Shown here: one piece after another, positions 20,019 to 28,117 of the stretch
How positions within the stretch are numbered: the first letter of the stretch is position 1
How the letters are laid out: each line of letters starts with the position of its first letter
Source of the DNA: Rhodoblastus sp.
GTDB taxonomy: Bacteria > Pseudomonadota > Alphaproteobacteria > Rhizobiales > Beijerinckiaceae
NCBI GenBank assembly: GCA_046349085.1
Contig: JAXMDA010000007.1
Location: forward strand, 163,131-227,130
Length of the DNA stretch: 64,000 bases
Reading direction: 5' to 3'
Notes under the pieces: model-generated
Databases searched by the model: none
What the model saw: only the letters and a program-made list of their open reading frames with translations
Told to the model about the DNA's origin: nothing
Translations under genes and position numbers: made by a program

Positions 20019-21461
20019 CTATTTCGGCGCGAAGAAATGTTCGCTGACGCTCAGGACCTCGCCATTGGCGATGTCCGTTGCGAGAACCGTGATCGGCGTA
20101 TTTTCCGCCTTGATCGCAGTTCCGGGCGTCGTGACGCTTACCCGCAGGTCGCGCACGCGGTCGGGCTCGACCTCCACGAGCAGCCGCCCGTCGGCCGCGG
20201 GCTCGACGCCGACGGCGGCGATCCTGGCCTGTTCGAGGCCCTGCAAGGTCAGCGCAAATGTGCGGGGAACGCCGCCCTTGTTGGAGAGATGCACCGTCAT
20301 GTCGTTGCGCACCTGCCCGTCGGAGAGCGCAACGTAGAGCGGATTGCGGTTGTGTTGCGCGGCGATCAGCGCCGTCGTGCGATGCAGCAGCGCGTAGAGC
20401 ATCACCGAGCCGACGACGGCCATCACGCTTGCGTACAGGATCGTGCGCGGACGGATCGGGCGATAGATCGGCGGCTTGCCTTCCCTGCGACGCGCCATGT
20501 TGTTGTCGGTATCGTAGCCGATGAGGCGCGCCGGACGGCCGATCTCCTTCATCACGTTGTCGCAGGCGTCGATGCACAGCCCGCACTGCACGCAGCCGAG
20601 CTGCAGGCCCTTGCGAATGTCGACGCCCGTCGGGCAGACGGCGACGCACTGGTTGCAGTCGATGCAATCGCCGGCCGGCAGCCCCTTGAGATGAGCCGCT
20701 TCCGCCTTCTTCACCGACATGCGCGGCTCGCCGCGATCGACCTTGTAGGTGACGTTGAGCGCCCATTCGTCGGTCAGCGCCGCCTGGATGCGCGGCCAGG
20801 GGCACATGTACAGGCAGACCTGCTCGCGCATGTGGCCGGCGAAAATGTAGGTCGTGGCGGTGAGGATGCCGATCCACAGATAGGCGGTGAAGGGCGCCTG
20901 GAAGGTGGCGAGCTCGCGCACCAGCGTCGGCGCGTCCGAGAAATACAGCACCCAGGCGCCGCCGGTCCACCAGGCGATCATCAGCCACAGGAAATGCTTG
21001 AGCGCGACTTCGCGGATGTGCTGGAAGGTCCAGCCCTTCTTGTCCTTCATGATGCGGTCGCGCCGGTCGCCCTCGACCCAGCGCTCGACCGCGTAGAAGA
21101 GATCCGTCCACACCGTCTGCCAGCACAGGTAGCCGCACCAGATGCGGCCCGCCAGCGCGTTCATCAGGAACAGGGTGAGCGCGGCGAGGACCAGCAGGCC
21201 GGTGAAGAAATAGACCTCCTGCGGCCAGAGCTGGATGAAGAAAAAGTAGAAGCGCCGGTGCGGCATGTCGACCAGAACGGCCTGGTTCGGCAGGCCGGGG
21301 CCGCGGTCCCAGCGGACGAAGGGCAGGAGGTAGTAGACCGACAGGCAGAAGATCAGCAGGCCCCACTTGATGCGGCGGTATGTGCCGTGCGTCGCCTGCG
21401 GATAGACCTTCTTGCGGGCGGCGTAGAGCGGTCCGGTGATGATGGTGGAGTCTTCGCTCAT
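20019..21461 (-). CDS. ccoG: Cytochrome c oxidase accessory protein CcoG/FixG (4Fe-4S protein)
   Basis: Internal ATG at 21461. RRIKWGLL..., GRIWCGYLCWQTVW, CIDCNQCVAVCPTG and CVQCGLCIDACD ferredoxin motifs. Confidence 0.85.
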   Translation of the reverse strand: MSEDSTIITGPLYAARKKVYPQATHGTYRRIKWGLLIFCLSVYYLLPFVRWDRGPGLPNQAVLVDMPHRRFYFFFIQLWPQEVYFFTGLLVLAALTLFLMNALAGRIWCGYLCWQTVWTDLFYAVERWVEGDRRDRIMKDKKGWTFQHIREVALKHFLWLMIAWWTGGAWVLYFSDAPTLVRELATFQAPFTAYLWIGILTATTYIFAGHMREQVCLYMCPWPRIQAALTDEWALNVTYKVDRGEPRMSVKKAEAAHLKGLPAGDCIDCNQCVAVCPTGVDIRKGLQLGCVQCGLCIDACDNVMKEIGRPARLIGYDTDNNMARRREGKPPIYRPIRPRTILYASVMAVVGSVMLYALLHRTTALIAAQHNRNPLYVALSDGQVRNDMTVHLSNKGGVPRTFALTLQGLEQARIAAVGVEPAADGRLLVEVEPDRVRDLRVSVTTPGTAIKAENTPITVLATDIANGEVLSVSEHFFAPK

Positions 21462-21619
21462 GGCCGCCGTCGCCTCATGTATTCGTATTTTCGCATATGT
21501 AGGCGGACAGGTACGCCGCGCTTTGATCTGCCGCAAGGCTTATCAAACGTCAGGCAGCGCTTGCGGCAAGCGGCATGGCGCCGCAGACAGGCTGGTCGAG
21601 CGGGGATGAAAACGGCGCT

Positions 21620-22294
21620 TTAGCCGGCGGCCGGACCGAATACGGCGGCGCGTTCTTCCGGCGTCGATTGCAGGAAGGGATGGCGGCTGTAGGCCGTCGC
21701 GCGCAGCGTCGGCGTATCCGTGATCATGCACACGATCTTGCGCGCGAGCATCGGATAGGTCCGCGCTTCGCTGATCGGCTTGTGGCCGATCACCCGGCGA
21801 TACATGACGACATGCTCCGCGCGGACGGTCGCCAGCACATGATCGGCGGCGAAATGCTCGGCGGCCATGGAAATCATGCGCAACGTCAGGAAAGGCAGGT
21901 CCGGCCCCATGCGCGCGAATTCGGGCTCGATGACGAAACGCGTGGGGTCGATGATGAGCTTGCCGGCGTTCAGGTAGGGCTCGAGGACGTCGCCGAACGT
22001 GTCCATCGCGGGCATCCGGGCGTCTACGGATGTGTTCATGTGAAAGCGCACCGAGCTGGCCAGCCGGTCGCCGAAATACATGCCCATGATCGTGGCGTTG
22101 TCGGCGTCGTCCCACGCGTCGCGGAATCGCTCGTCGACATTGGGGCCGATGCCCCCATCCAGCAGATAGCCGCGATAGCGCAGCCCGAAAATCGCATCCC
22201 GATCGCGTTCGGTTCGGGCGACCCGATAAGTCACGGATTTGAGGACTTCGGCGACTTTTTCGTTGAATGATGGCACGCGCTGATGCGCGTTCAT
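21620..22294 (-). CDS. FeeM/LuxI-fold N-acyl amino acid synthase-like acyltransferase (putative)
   Basis: Internal ATG at 22294 (MNAHQRVPSF...). YRVARTERDRDAIFGLRYRGYL, SVRFH and IDPTRFVIEPEF match my recollection of the FeeM / exosortase-associated acyltransferase pattern. Family assignment is from memory, not a search. Confidence 0.5.
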   Translation of the reverse strand: MNAHQRVPSFNEKVAEVLKSVTYRVARTERDRDAIFGLRYRGYLLDGGIGPNVDERFRDAWDDADNATIMGMYFGDRLASSVRFHMNTSVDARMPAMDTFGDVLEPYLNAGKLIIDPTRFVIEPEFARMGPDLPFLTLRMISMAAEHFAADHVLATVRAEHVVMYRRVIGHKPISEARTYPMLARKIVCMITDTPTLRATAYSRHPFLQSTPEERAAVFGPAAG

Positions 22295-22614
22295 GATGGA
22301 AGTCCCATTGGCCGATCGCTTTACTGACGGAAACGTTATCAGTCGCGCGCGCGAAGTAAAGGCTGTCACAGCGTTAGTCTTGGCTCCTCTGCGCCAACCT
22401 TGACCAACGGCAAACGCTGCGATGGATGCGCGTTTTCAGCAGCGACGCGGCAAGCCGTTGGAAACGTTCGGCGGCTCGCGCTCGCCGTTCGCATTAGGCG
22501 TGCAAATCCGTTCGCATGCATATGCCGAATTCATTCGCTGTGATACTTTGGGCGATGCGTCGGTAACCGCCCATAAACCATCGCAGCGTTAGTCTCCGCG
22601 GCAAAGGAGCGGCC

Positions 22615-22899
22615 ATGAGCGCGGTCAGAAGGCGAATCGAGGCAACGCAGGATCAGTCTGTGATTCGCCAGGCGACGCTGGCGCGCGCAACAGCCCGCCG
22701 CGAAAAGCTCCAGGCGATGTTCGACAACGCGTCCTTCGTGGACATGGCGTTGCGTCAGGGGCGCTACCTCAGGCTTTGCGCCGCGATCGCCTGGGCGAGC
22801 GAGCGCGAGGAACGCGCCCGCGACGCGATCGAAACCGACAGGATGGTCGATCAGCTCCGGCGTGTGGCGTCCGGCGACGCGAACCGCGGCGCGCACTGA
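22615..22899 (+). CDS. Hypothetical protein (94 aa)
   Basis: AAGGAG RBS at 22604-22609, 5 nt before ATG 22615. High GC3 in frame. No recognisable family. Confidence 0.4.
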   Translation: MSAVRRRIEATQDQSVIRQATLARATARREKLQAMFDNASFVDMALRQGRYLRLCAAIAWASEREERARDAIETDRMVDQLRRVASGDANRGAH

Positions 22900-23006
22900 A
22901 GGGGCGGGCGTCCCGCGTTGACGCACGGGACGCTGCGTGCAAGACAATCGGCTACTTGCAATCGCCGATTCCGCCGAACTCCTGGCGGCGGCCCGCAGAG
23001 TCCCCC

Positions 23007-23528
23007 ATGCGCAAACCAACGAAATCCTTCACGGTCGAAGTCAAGCGGCGTCCGACCTCGCTGAGCAAGAAGCCGATGCTCGTCGAGGCGCCGGCCGCTA
23101 CGCCCGAGCCGCCCTCCGCCGCCGCCCTGTTCTCCGCGCCGGACAAGGCGCTTGTCGCCGCCGAACCGCGACGCATCCTCCCGTGTCTGGTGACGGATGC
23201 GGCCATCGACGCCGCAAAGGCGGCCGCCGATACGGACGATGCGCCTGCGCCGCGTCCGCGCGGGCGTCCGCGCAAGCAGCGCAACGCAGACGAACTCGCG
23301 CCGCTCGCGCCGCGCAAGCGCGGGCGGCCGCGCAAGTCGCCGGTCGAGGCCAAGGAGGCGGCGCCGACGCCTGTGCGCCAGACCGCGCAGCCTGCGCGCC
23401 CGGCGCAGCCGTCGCCGGCGCTTGTCGTCGTCGGCGCAGGTTCGCGGGCCAGCGCCCGTCGCGCCGCCACAGACGATCTCCCGCGCGGCGAAAGATGGAA
23501 ACGCCGGCTCCCCAAGGCGCTGCGCTGA
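23007..23528 (+). CDS. Ala/Pro-rich basic protein with two AT-hook cores (RGRPRK)
   Basis: In-frame ATG at 23007 (MRKPTKSFTVEVKRRPTS...). RPRGRPRKQRN and KRGRPRKSP. C-terminal PRGERWKRRLPKALR. High GC3 in this frame. Confidence 0.5.
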   Translation: MRKPTKSFTVEVKRRPTSLSKKPMLVEAPAATPEPPSAAALFSAPDKALVAAEPRRILPCLVTDAAIDAAKAAADTDDAPAPRPRGRPRKQRNADELAPLAPRKRGRPRKSPVEAKEAAPTPVRQTAQPARPAQPSPALVVVGAGSRASARRAATDDLPRGERWKRRLPKALR

Positions 23529-23605
23529 AGCGCCTGCACGGTTGATTGGCGCGACGGCGCGGCGCATGTTTCGTCGATGATATTTCGGCGGAGCGGGAGG
23601 ATCCC

Positions 23606-24775
23606 ATGAGGCGCGGCGCGCTCGGACGGTTTCGCGTGATCGATCTCACGCGCGTGCGTTCGGGGCCGACCGCCGTGCGCCAGCTCGCCGATTTCGGCGC
23701 CGACGTCATCAAGATCGAGCCGCCCGAGCAGAGCCCCGTCGACGGCCCGCGTCACAGTTCCGATTTTCAGAATCTCCACCGCAACAAACGCAGCATCACG
23801 CTCGATCTCAAGCATCCGCAGGGGCTCGGCGTGTTCCGCCGCCTGGTGGAAACGGCCGACGTGGTCGTCGAGAATTTCCGGCCCGACGTGAAGCAACGCC
23901 TCGGCGTCGACTACGAGACGCTGCGCGCGCTCAACCCGCGCATCGTCTACGCCAGCATCTCCGGCTACGGGCAGGACGGCCCCTACCGGATGCGGCCGGG
24001 CTTCGACCAGATCGCGCAGGGCATGGGCGGCCTCATGTCGATCACCGGCCTGCCCGGGCAGGGGCCGGTGCGCGCCGGCATCGCCGTCGCCGACACGGCG
24101 GCCGGCCTCTATTGCGCGCTCGGCATCATGACGGCGCTGCTCGAGCGCGAGGCGTCGGGGCAGGGGCAGTGGGTGAAGACGTCGCTCCTGCAGGCGCAGG
24201 TGGCGCTGCTCGATTTCCAGGCGACGCGCTGGCTCATGGACGGCGTCGTGCCGCCGCAGGCCGGCAACGATCATCCGACCGTCTATCCGATGGGCGTGTT
24301 TCCCGCCGCCGACGGGCTCATCAACATCGCGGCCTCCGGCGAGGACATGTGGCGCAAGCTCTGCGAGGAGCTTGGCCTGCAGCGCATCGTCGACGACGCG
24401 CGCTTCGCCGACGGCGCGCGCCGCTCGCGCAATCGCGCCGCGCTCTACGAAATCATCGCCGAGACGACGGGCGCCAGGCCCGCGCAGGAATGGATCGAGC
24501 GGCTCAACCGCGCGGGCGTGCCCTGCGGCCCGATCTACACGATCGATCAGGTCTTCGCGGATCCCCAGGTCAAGGCGCTCGGCATCGCGCAAAGCGTGAC
24601 GCATCCAACGCTCGGCGAGACGACGCTCGTCGGCCAGCCCGTCGAACTCTCGCGCACGCCGGGAAAGATCGAAACGCCGACGCCGCCGCACGGCGCGCAC
24701 ACGGCCGACGTGCTGCGCGAGCTCGGCTACGACGCGCAGGAAATCGCCGGCCTGCGCGCCGCCGGCGCCCTGTGA
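23606..24775 (+). CDS. CoA-transferase family III (CaiB/BaiF-type)
   Basis: ATG at 23606. RVIDLTRVRSGPTAVRQLADFGADVIKIEPP and ENFRPDV motifs. Confidence 0.85.
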   Translation: MRRGALGRFRVIDLTRVRSGPTAVRQLADFGADVIKIEPPEQSPVDGPRHSSDFQNLHRNKRSITLDLKHPQGLGVFRRLVETADVVVENFRPDVKQRLGVDYETLRALNPRIVYASISGYGQDGPYRMRPGFDQIAQGMGGLMSITGLPGQGPVRAGIAVADTAAGLYCALGIMTALLEREASGQGQWVKTSLLQAQVALLDFQATRWLMDGVVPPQAGNDHPTVYPMGVFPAADGLINIAASGEDMWRKLCEELGLQRIVDDARFADGARRSRNRAALYEIIAETTGARPAQEWIERLNRAGVPCGPIYTIDQVFADPQVKALGIAQSVTHPTLGETTLVGQPVELSRTPGKIETPTPPHGAHTADVLRELGYDAQEIAGLRAAGAL

Positions 24776-24793
24776 CCGCCTGATGGCCGATCC

Positions 24794-25738
24794 GTGAAGA
24801 AATACGACGATCTGCTGGTCTTCGTGACCGTTGTCGACCGCCAGAGTTTCATCGGCGCGGCGCGCCAGCTCGGCCTGCCGCCGGGCACGGTGAGCCGCAA
24901 GGTGCAGGAGCTCGAAACGCGGCTCGGCATCACGCTGCTCAACCGCACGACGCGGCGCCTGTCCGTGACCGAGGTGGGGCGCGAAGTCTACGACGCCGCC
25001 TCGCGCGGGTTCGCGGCGATCGAGGAAGCGGAATCGCTCGCCATCGTGCATCACGACAAGCCCGCGGGGGTGCTGCGCATCGTCGTGCCATATGCGCTGC
25101 TCTACACGGCGCTGCTGCCGCATGTGCCGGCGTTCCGCAAGAAATATCCCGACGTCCGCATCGAGTTCATCGTCACCAACCAGTCGATCGATCTCGTCGA
25201 GAACAATTGCGACCTGGCGATCCGCGTGGGCGCGCAGCCGGATTCCAGCTACGTGAAGCGCACGCTCTTCGTTTCCGAATATCGCCTCGTGGCGACACCC
25301 GCGGCGCTCCAGCGAATCGGCCGCCCGGCGAAACCTTCGGATCTCCTGTCGCTGCCCATGGCGGGATTGCTTGCGACCAACAATATCTCCGGGCCTTCGC
25401 CCGTGCCGCCCGTCTGGTCCTTCGTGCGCGGGGAGCGGCGGGAGGAACTGTCGTTCCGCTTCGTCGTCGCGGCGACCGATCCGATCGTGCCGCTCGATTT
25501 CGCGCTGCGCGGCGAGGGCGTCTCGCTGCTGCTCGACACGCTGGCGCGCCCCTCCATCGAGACGGGGCTCCTCGACGTCGTGCTCGAGGACTGGCGTATT
25601 GCCGACAAGCTCGAGCTCTCGCTCTTCTATCGGCGGCGCGCGACGATGGATTCGAAGGTGCGCGTCTTCATCGACTTCATCAGCGAGCGCATCCGCGCCG
25701 TCCGCACGGATCGGGAAAGCGTGGCGCAGGCGGATTGA
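24794..25738 (+). CDS. LysR family transcriptional regulator
   Basis: GTG start at 24794. LLVFVTVVDRQSFIGAARQLGLPPGTVSRKVQELE HTH. Confidence 0.85.
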   Translation: MKKYDDLLVFVTVVDRQSFIGAARQLGLPPGTVSRKVQELETRLGITLLNRTTRRLSVTEVGREVYDAASRGFAAIEEAESLAIVHHDKPAGVLRIVVPYALLYTALLPHVPAFRKKYPDVRIEFIVTNQSIDLVENNCDLAIRVGAQPDSSYVKRTLFVSEYRLVATPAALQRIGRPAKPSDLLSLPMAGLLATNNISGPSPVPPVWSFVRGERREELSFRFVVAATDPIVPLDFALRGEGVSLLLDTLARPSIETGLLDVVLEDWRIADKLELSLFYRRRATMDSKVRVFIDFISERIRAVRTDRESVAQAD

Positions 25739-25818
25739 GCCTCGCCGCGCCGCAAACAAACAAGGGGCGGAACAATGTTCCGCCCCCTCGATACGCAGGA
25801 CTCTAGTCTGACGCCTCT

Positions 25819-26262
25819 TTACGCGAACGTCGGAACGAAATTGCCCTCCGGCGTCTTGACGCTTGCCGTCTGGAAGCTCTCGCTGCCCTCCGGCTGACGG
25901 TAGGAGGCGATCACGGCCTCGCCCGAGCCTTCCGGCTGACGATAGGAAGCCGTCTGGAAGCTCTCGCTGCCCTCCGGCTGGCGGTAGGAGGCGATCACGG
26001 CCTCGCCCGAGCCTTCCGGCTGACGATAGGAAGCTGTCTGGAAGCTTTCGCTGCCTTCCGGCTGGCGGAAGGAAGCCGTGTGGACTGCGCCATTGCCTTC
26101 AGGCTGGCTGAAGGAGGCGGTCACGACGGCCCCTGAGCCCTCCGGCTGCGAGGCGGACGCCGTGGTGAAGCGGCCGTTGCCCTCCGGCGCGTTGGCGGTG
26201 GCGATTGCTGCGCCGCCGAACGTCAAAGCCGTGGCCAAGAGCGCGATCTTGATGGTTTTCAT
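25819..26262 (-). CDS. Secreted repeat protein: nine tandem 14-residue x-[RS]-Q-P-E-G-[SN]-x4-T-A-S units
   Basis: Internal ATG at 26262 with AGGAGA RBS. Signal peptide MKTIKIALLATALTFGGAAIATA, followed by the repeats NAPEGNGRFTTAS / ASQPEGSGAVVTAS / ... / YRQPEGSESFQTAS / VKTPEGNFVPTFA. Confidence 0.7.
   Translation of the reverse strand: MKTIKIALLATALTFGGAAIATANAPEGNGRFTTASASQPEGSGAVVTASFSQPEGNGAVHTASFRQPEGSESFQTASYRQPEGSGEAVIASYRQPEGSESFQTASYRQPEGSGEAVIASYRQPEGSESFQTASVKTPEGNFVPTFA
25865..26200. repeat. Coding tandem repeat: 84-bp units (25865-25948 and 25949-26032 differ at 1 of 84 positions), then degenerating 42-bp sub-units
   Basis: Aligned by hand. A third, diverged unit starts at 26033. 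Confidence 0.85.
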
Positions 26263-26670
26263 AGTGTTTCTCCTATTTTGCTGCGGTGCGTCCATCAGCG
26301 ATGGGAGCAATCTATGTCCGGTCCCCGCGGAGATAATGCCCCTCACATGCAAGTGATTGATTCATGTGTGTGCATAATGCCGTCTGCTCGCCCCTGACGT
26401 CGTCGACCCGCGATAGCCGAGCCCGCGCTACGCAAACCCCTAGTTGCTTGATGCGCCGGCGATTTTTCCGCCCGTCATGCGGCTTCGATGGGCGCCGACC
26501 GGCGCGGGCGGCGCCTTGCAGCCAGTTACGACCGCGCCCGAAAGAGGGTTTGTCGGGGCCGTTCAAAGCATTGTGATCGTCGGTCTTCGGCTCTCGGGCT
26601 GGCGCCTAGCCCCTTGCGCCGCGTCGTGACATTCTGGCGCCCCGCCGAACGCTGGCGACCGGAGGCTTAT

Positions 26671-27441
26671 GTGACGAATATCGCCCGAGAACAGGCCGCT
26701 GCCTCGACCGCGCCGGCCATCCGGCTGGTCGGCGTCAACAAGTGGTACGGCGCATTCCACGTGTTGCGGAACGTCAATCTCGACGTCGCGCGCGGCGAAC
26801 GGATCGTCATCTGCGGCCCATCGGGCTCGGGCAAATCGACCATGATCCGCTGCATCAACCGGCTGGAGGAACACCAGCAGGGCCAGATCATCGTCGATGG
26901 CGTGGAACTCACCAACGACCTCAAGCGCATTGACGAGGTGCGGCGCGAGGTCGGCATGGTCTTCCAGCATTTCAACCTGTTTCCGCACCTCACCATTCTC
27001 GAGAACTGCACGCTCGCCCCGATCTGGGTGCGCAAGATGCGCAAGGCGGACGCCGAGGCGGTCGCCATGAAATATCTCGAGCGGGTGCGGATTCCCGAGC
27101 AGGCGAACAAATATCCGGGCCAGCTTTCCGGCGGCCAGCAGCAGCGCGTCGCCATCGCCCGCTCGCTGTGCATGAACCCGAAGATCATGCTGTTCGACGA
27201 GCCGACCTCCGCGCTCGATCCGGAAATGGTCAAGGAAGTGCTCGACACCATGGTCTCGCTGGCCGAGGAAGGCATGACCATGCTCTGCGTGACGCACGAA
27301 ATGGGCTTCGCCCGCCAGGTCGCCGACCGCGTGATCTTCATGGACCGCGGCGAGATCGTCGAGATGAACACGCCCGACGCCTTCTTCGCCAACCCGCAGC
27401 ACGAGCGCACGCGGCTGTTCCTCAGCCAGATCCTGCATTGA
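26671..27441 (+). CDS. Polar amino-acid ABC transporter ATP-binding protein (GlnQ/AapP-like), no adjacent permease
   Basis: GTG at 26671 preceded by [39 protein letters not shown]. Confidence 0.85.
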   Translation: MTNIAREQAAASTAPAIRLVGVNKWYGAFHVLRNVNLDVARGERIVICGPSGSGKSTMIRCINRLEEHQQGQIIVDGVELTNDLKRIDEVRREVGMVFQHFNLFPHLTILENCTLAPIWVRKMRKADAEAVAMKYLERVRIPEQANKYPGQLSGGQQQRVAIARSLCMNPKIMLFDEPTSALDPEMVKEVLDTMVSLAEEGMTMLCVTHEMGFARQVADRVIFMDRGEIVEMNTPDAFFANPQHERTRLFLSQILH

Positions 27442-27457
27442 TCTCGATGCGCCGCGC

Positions 27458-28108
27458 GTGACCGTCACACTGCGTCCGCAGGCCGTCGTCTTCGACATGG
27501 ACGGCCTGCTGCTCAATACCGAATCCCTGCGCATGCAGGCGCTCGAAGATTGCGCGCGCCATCTTGGCGTTTCGCTGAAAACCGAATTGTTCGCGGCCCT
27601 CGTCGGCGGCGCGACGCCCGCGGCGCGCAGCGCGCTCGAGGCGCATGTCCGCGACGACCTGCCGAAGGACTTCTGGGCGCTCTACCGGCGCTTCGCCGAC
27701 CTGCGGATGGAAGCGGTCGAACCCATGCCCGGCGCCGTCGCGCTGCTCGATCACTTGCGCGATCGCGGCATACCCTGCGCCATCGCCACGTCGGCCACCC
27801 GCGTCTCGGTCGAGCGGTTCTGCGGCAGGCTCGGGCTTCTCCCGCGCTTCCGCACGGTGATCGCCAAAGGCGACTACGAAAAGCCCAAGCCCGCGCCCGA
27901 CGCCTATCTCGCCGCCGCCGCGGGTCTCGGCGTGGCGCCCGACGCGTGCCTGGCGCTGGAGGATTCCTACAACGGCGTGCGCGCGGCGGTCGCTGCCGGC
28001 ATGGCGACGATCATGGCGCCCGACGTGCTGCCGGCGACGGACGAAATGCGGCGCCTGTGCCTTGCGGTCGTGTCGGACCTCGCCGAGGCGATGGCGCATA
28101 TCCGGTAA
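27458..28108 (+). CDS. HAD-superfamily hydrolase (subfamily IA phosphatase-like)
   Basis: GTG start at 27458. VVFDMDGLLLNTE (DxDG motif I), ATSA, KPKPAPDAY. Confidence 0.75.
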   Translation: MTVTLRPQAVVFDMDGLLLNTESLRMQALEDCARHLGVSLKTELFAALVGGATPAARSALEAHVRDDLPKDFWALYRRFADLRMEAVEPMPGAVALLDHLRDRGIPCAIATSATRVSVERFCGRLGLLPRFRTVIAKGDYEKPKPAPDAYLAAAAGLGVAPDACLALEDSYNGVRAAVAAGMATIMAPDVLPATDEMRRLCLAVVSDLAEAMAHIR

Positions 28109-28117
28109 GGCGGGCCT

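Noticed and set aside
21523-21546. TTGAT ... ATCAA upstream of ccoG, as a possible FNR/FixK box
   Set aside because: The half-sites are separated by 14 nt, not the 4 nt of the TTGAT-N4-ATCAA consensus.
22271-22286. TGGCAC-N5-GATGC, a sigma-54-like -24/-12 element
   Set aside because: It lies inside the FeeM-like coding sequence on the opposite strand, the -12 element is imperfect, and no gene is positioned to use it.
22952-25759. 935-aa minus-strand ORF
   Set aside because: It is antisense to the AT-hook protein, CoA-transferase and LysR genes, which have clear motifs and better codon bias. Its composition is low complexity.
25865-26200. Regular tandem repeats considered as a CRISPR-like array
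   Set aside because: The units are contiguous with no unique spacers, lie in an open reading frame with a signal peptide and RBS, and translate to a periodic protein. There are no cas genes.
26263-26670. 408-bp non-coding region searched for a riboswitch or small gene (track ORFs 26312-26566, 26364-26576, 26444-26629)
   Set aside because: I could recognise no conserved riboswitch core. The short ORFs overlap each other, lack RBS-like sequences and have poor codon bias. This is most likely just two divergent promoter regions.
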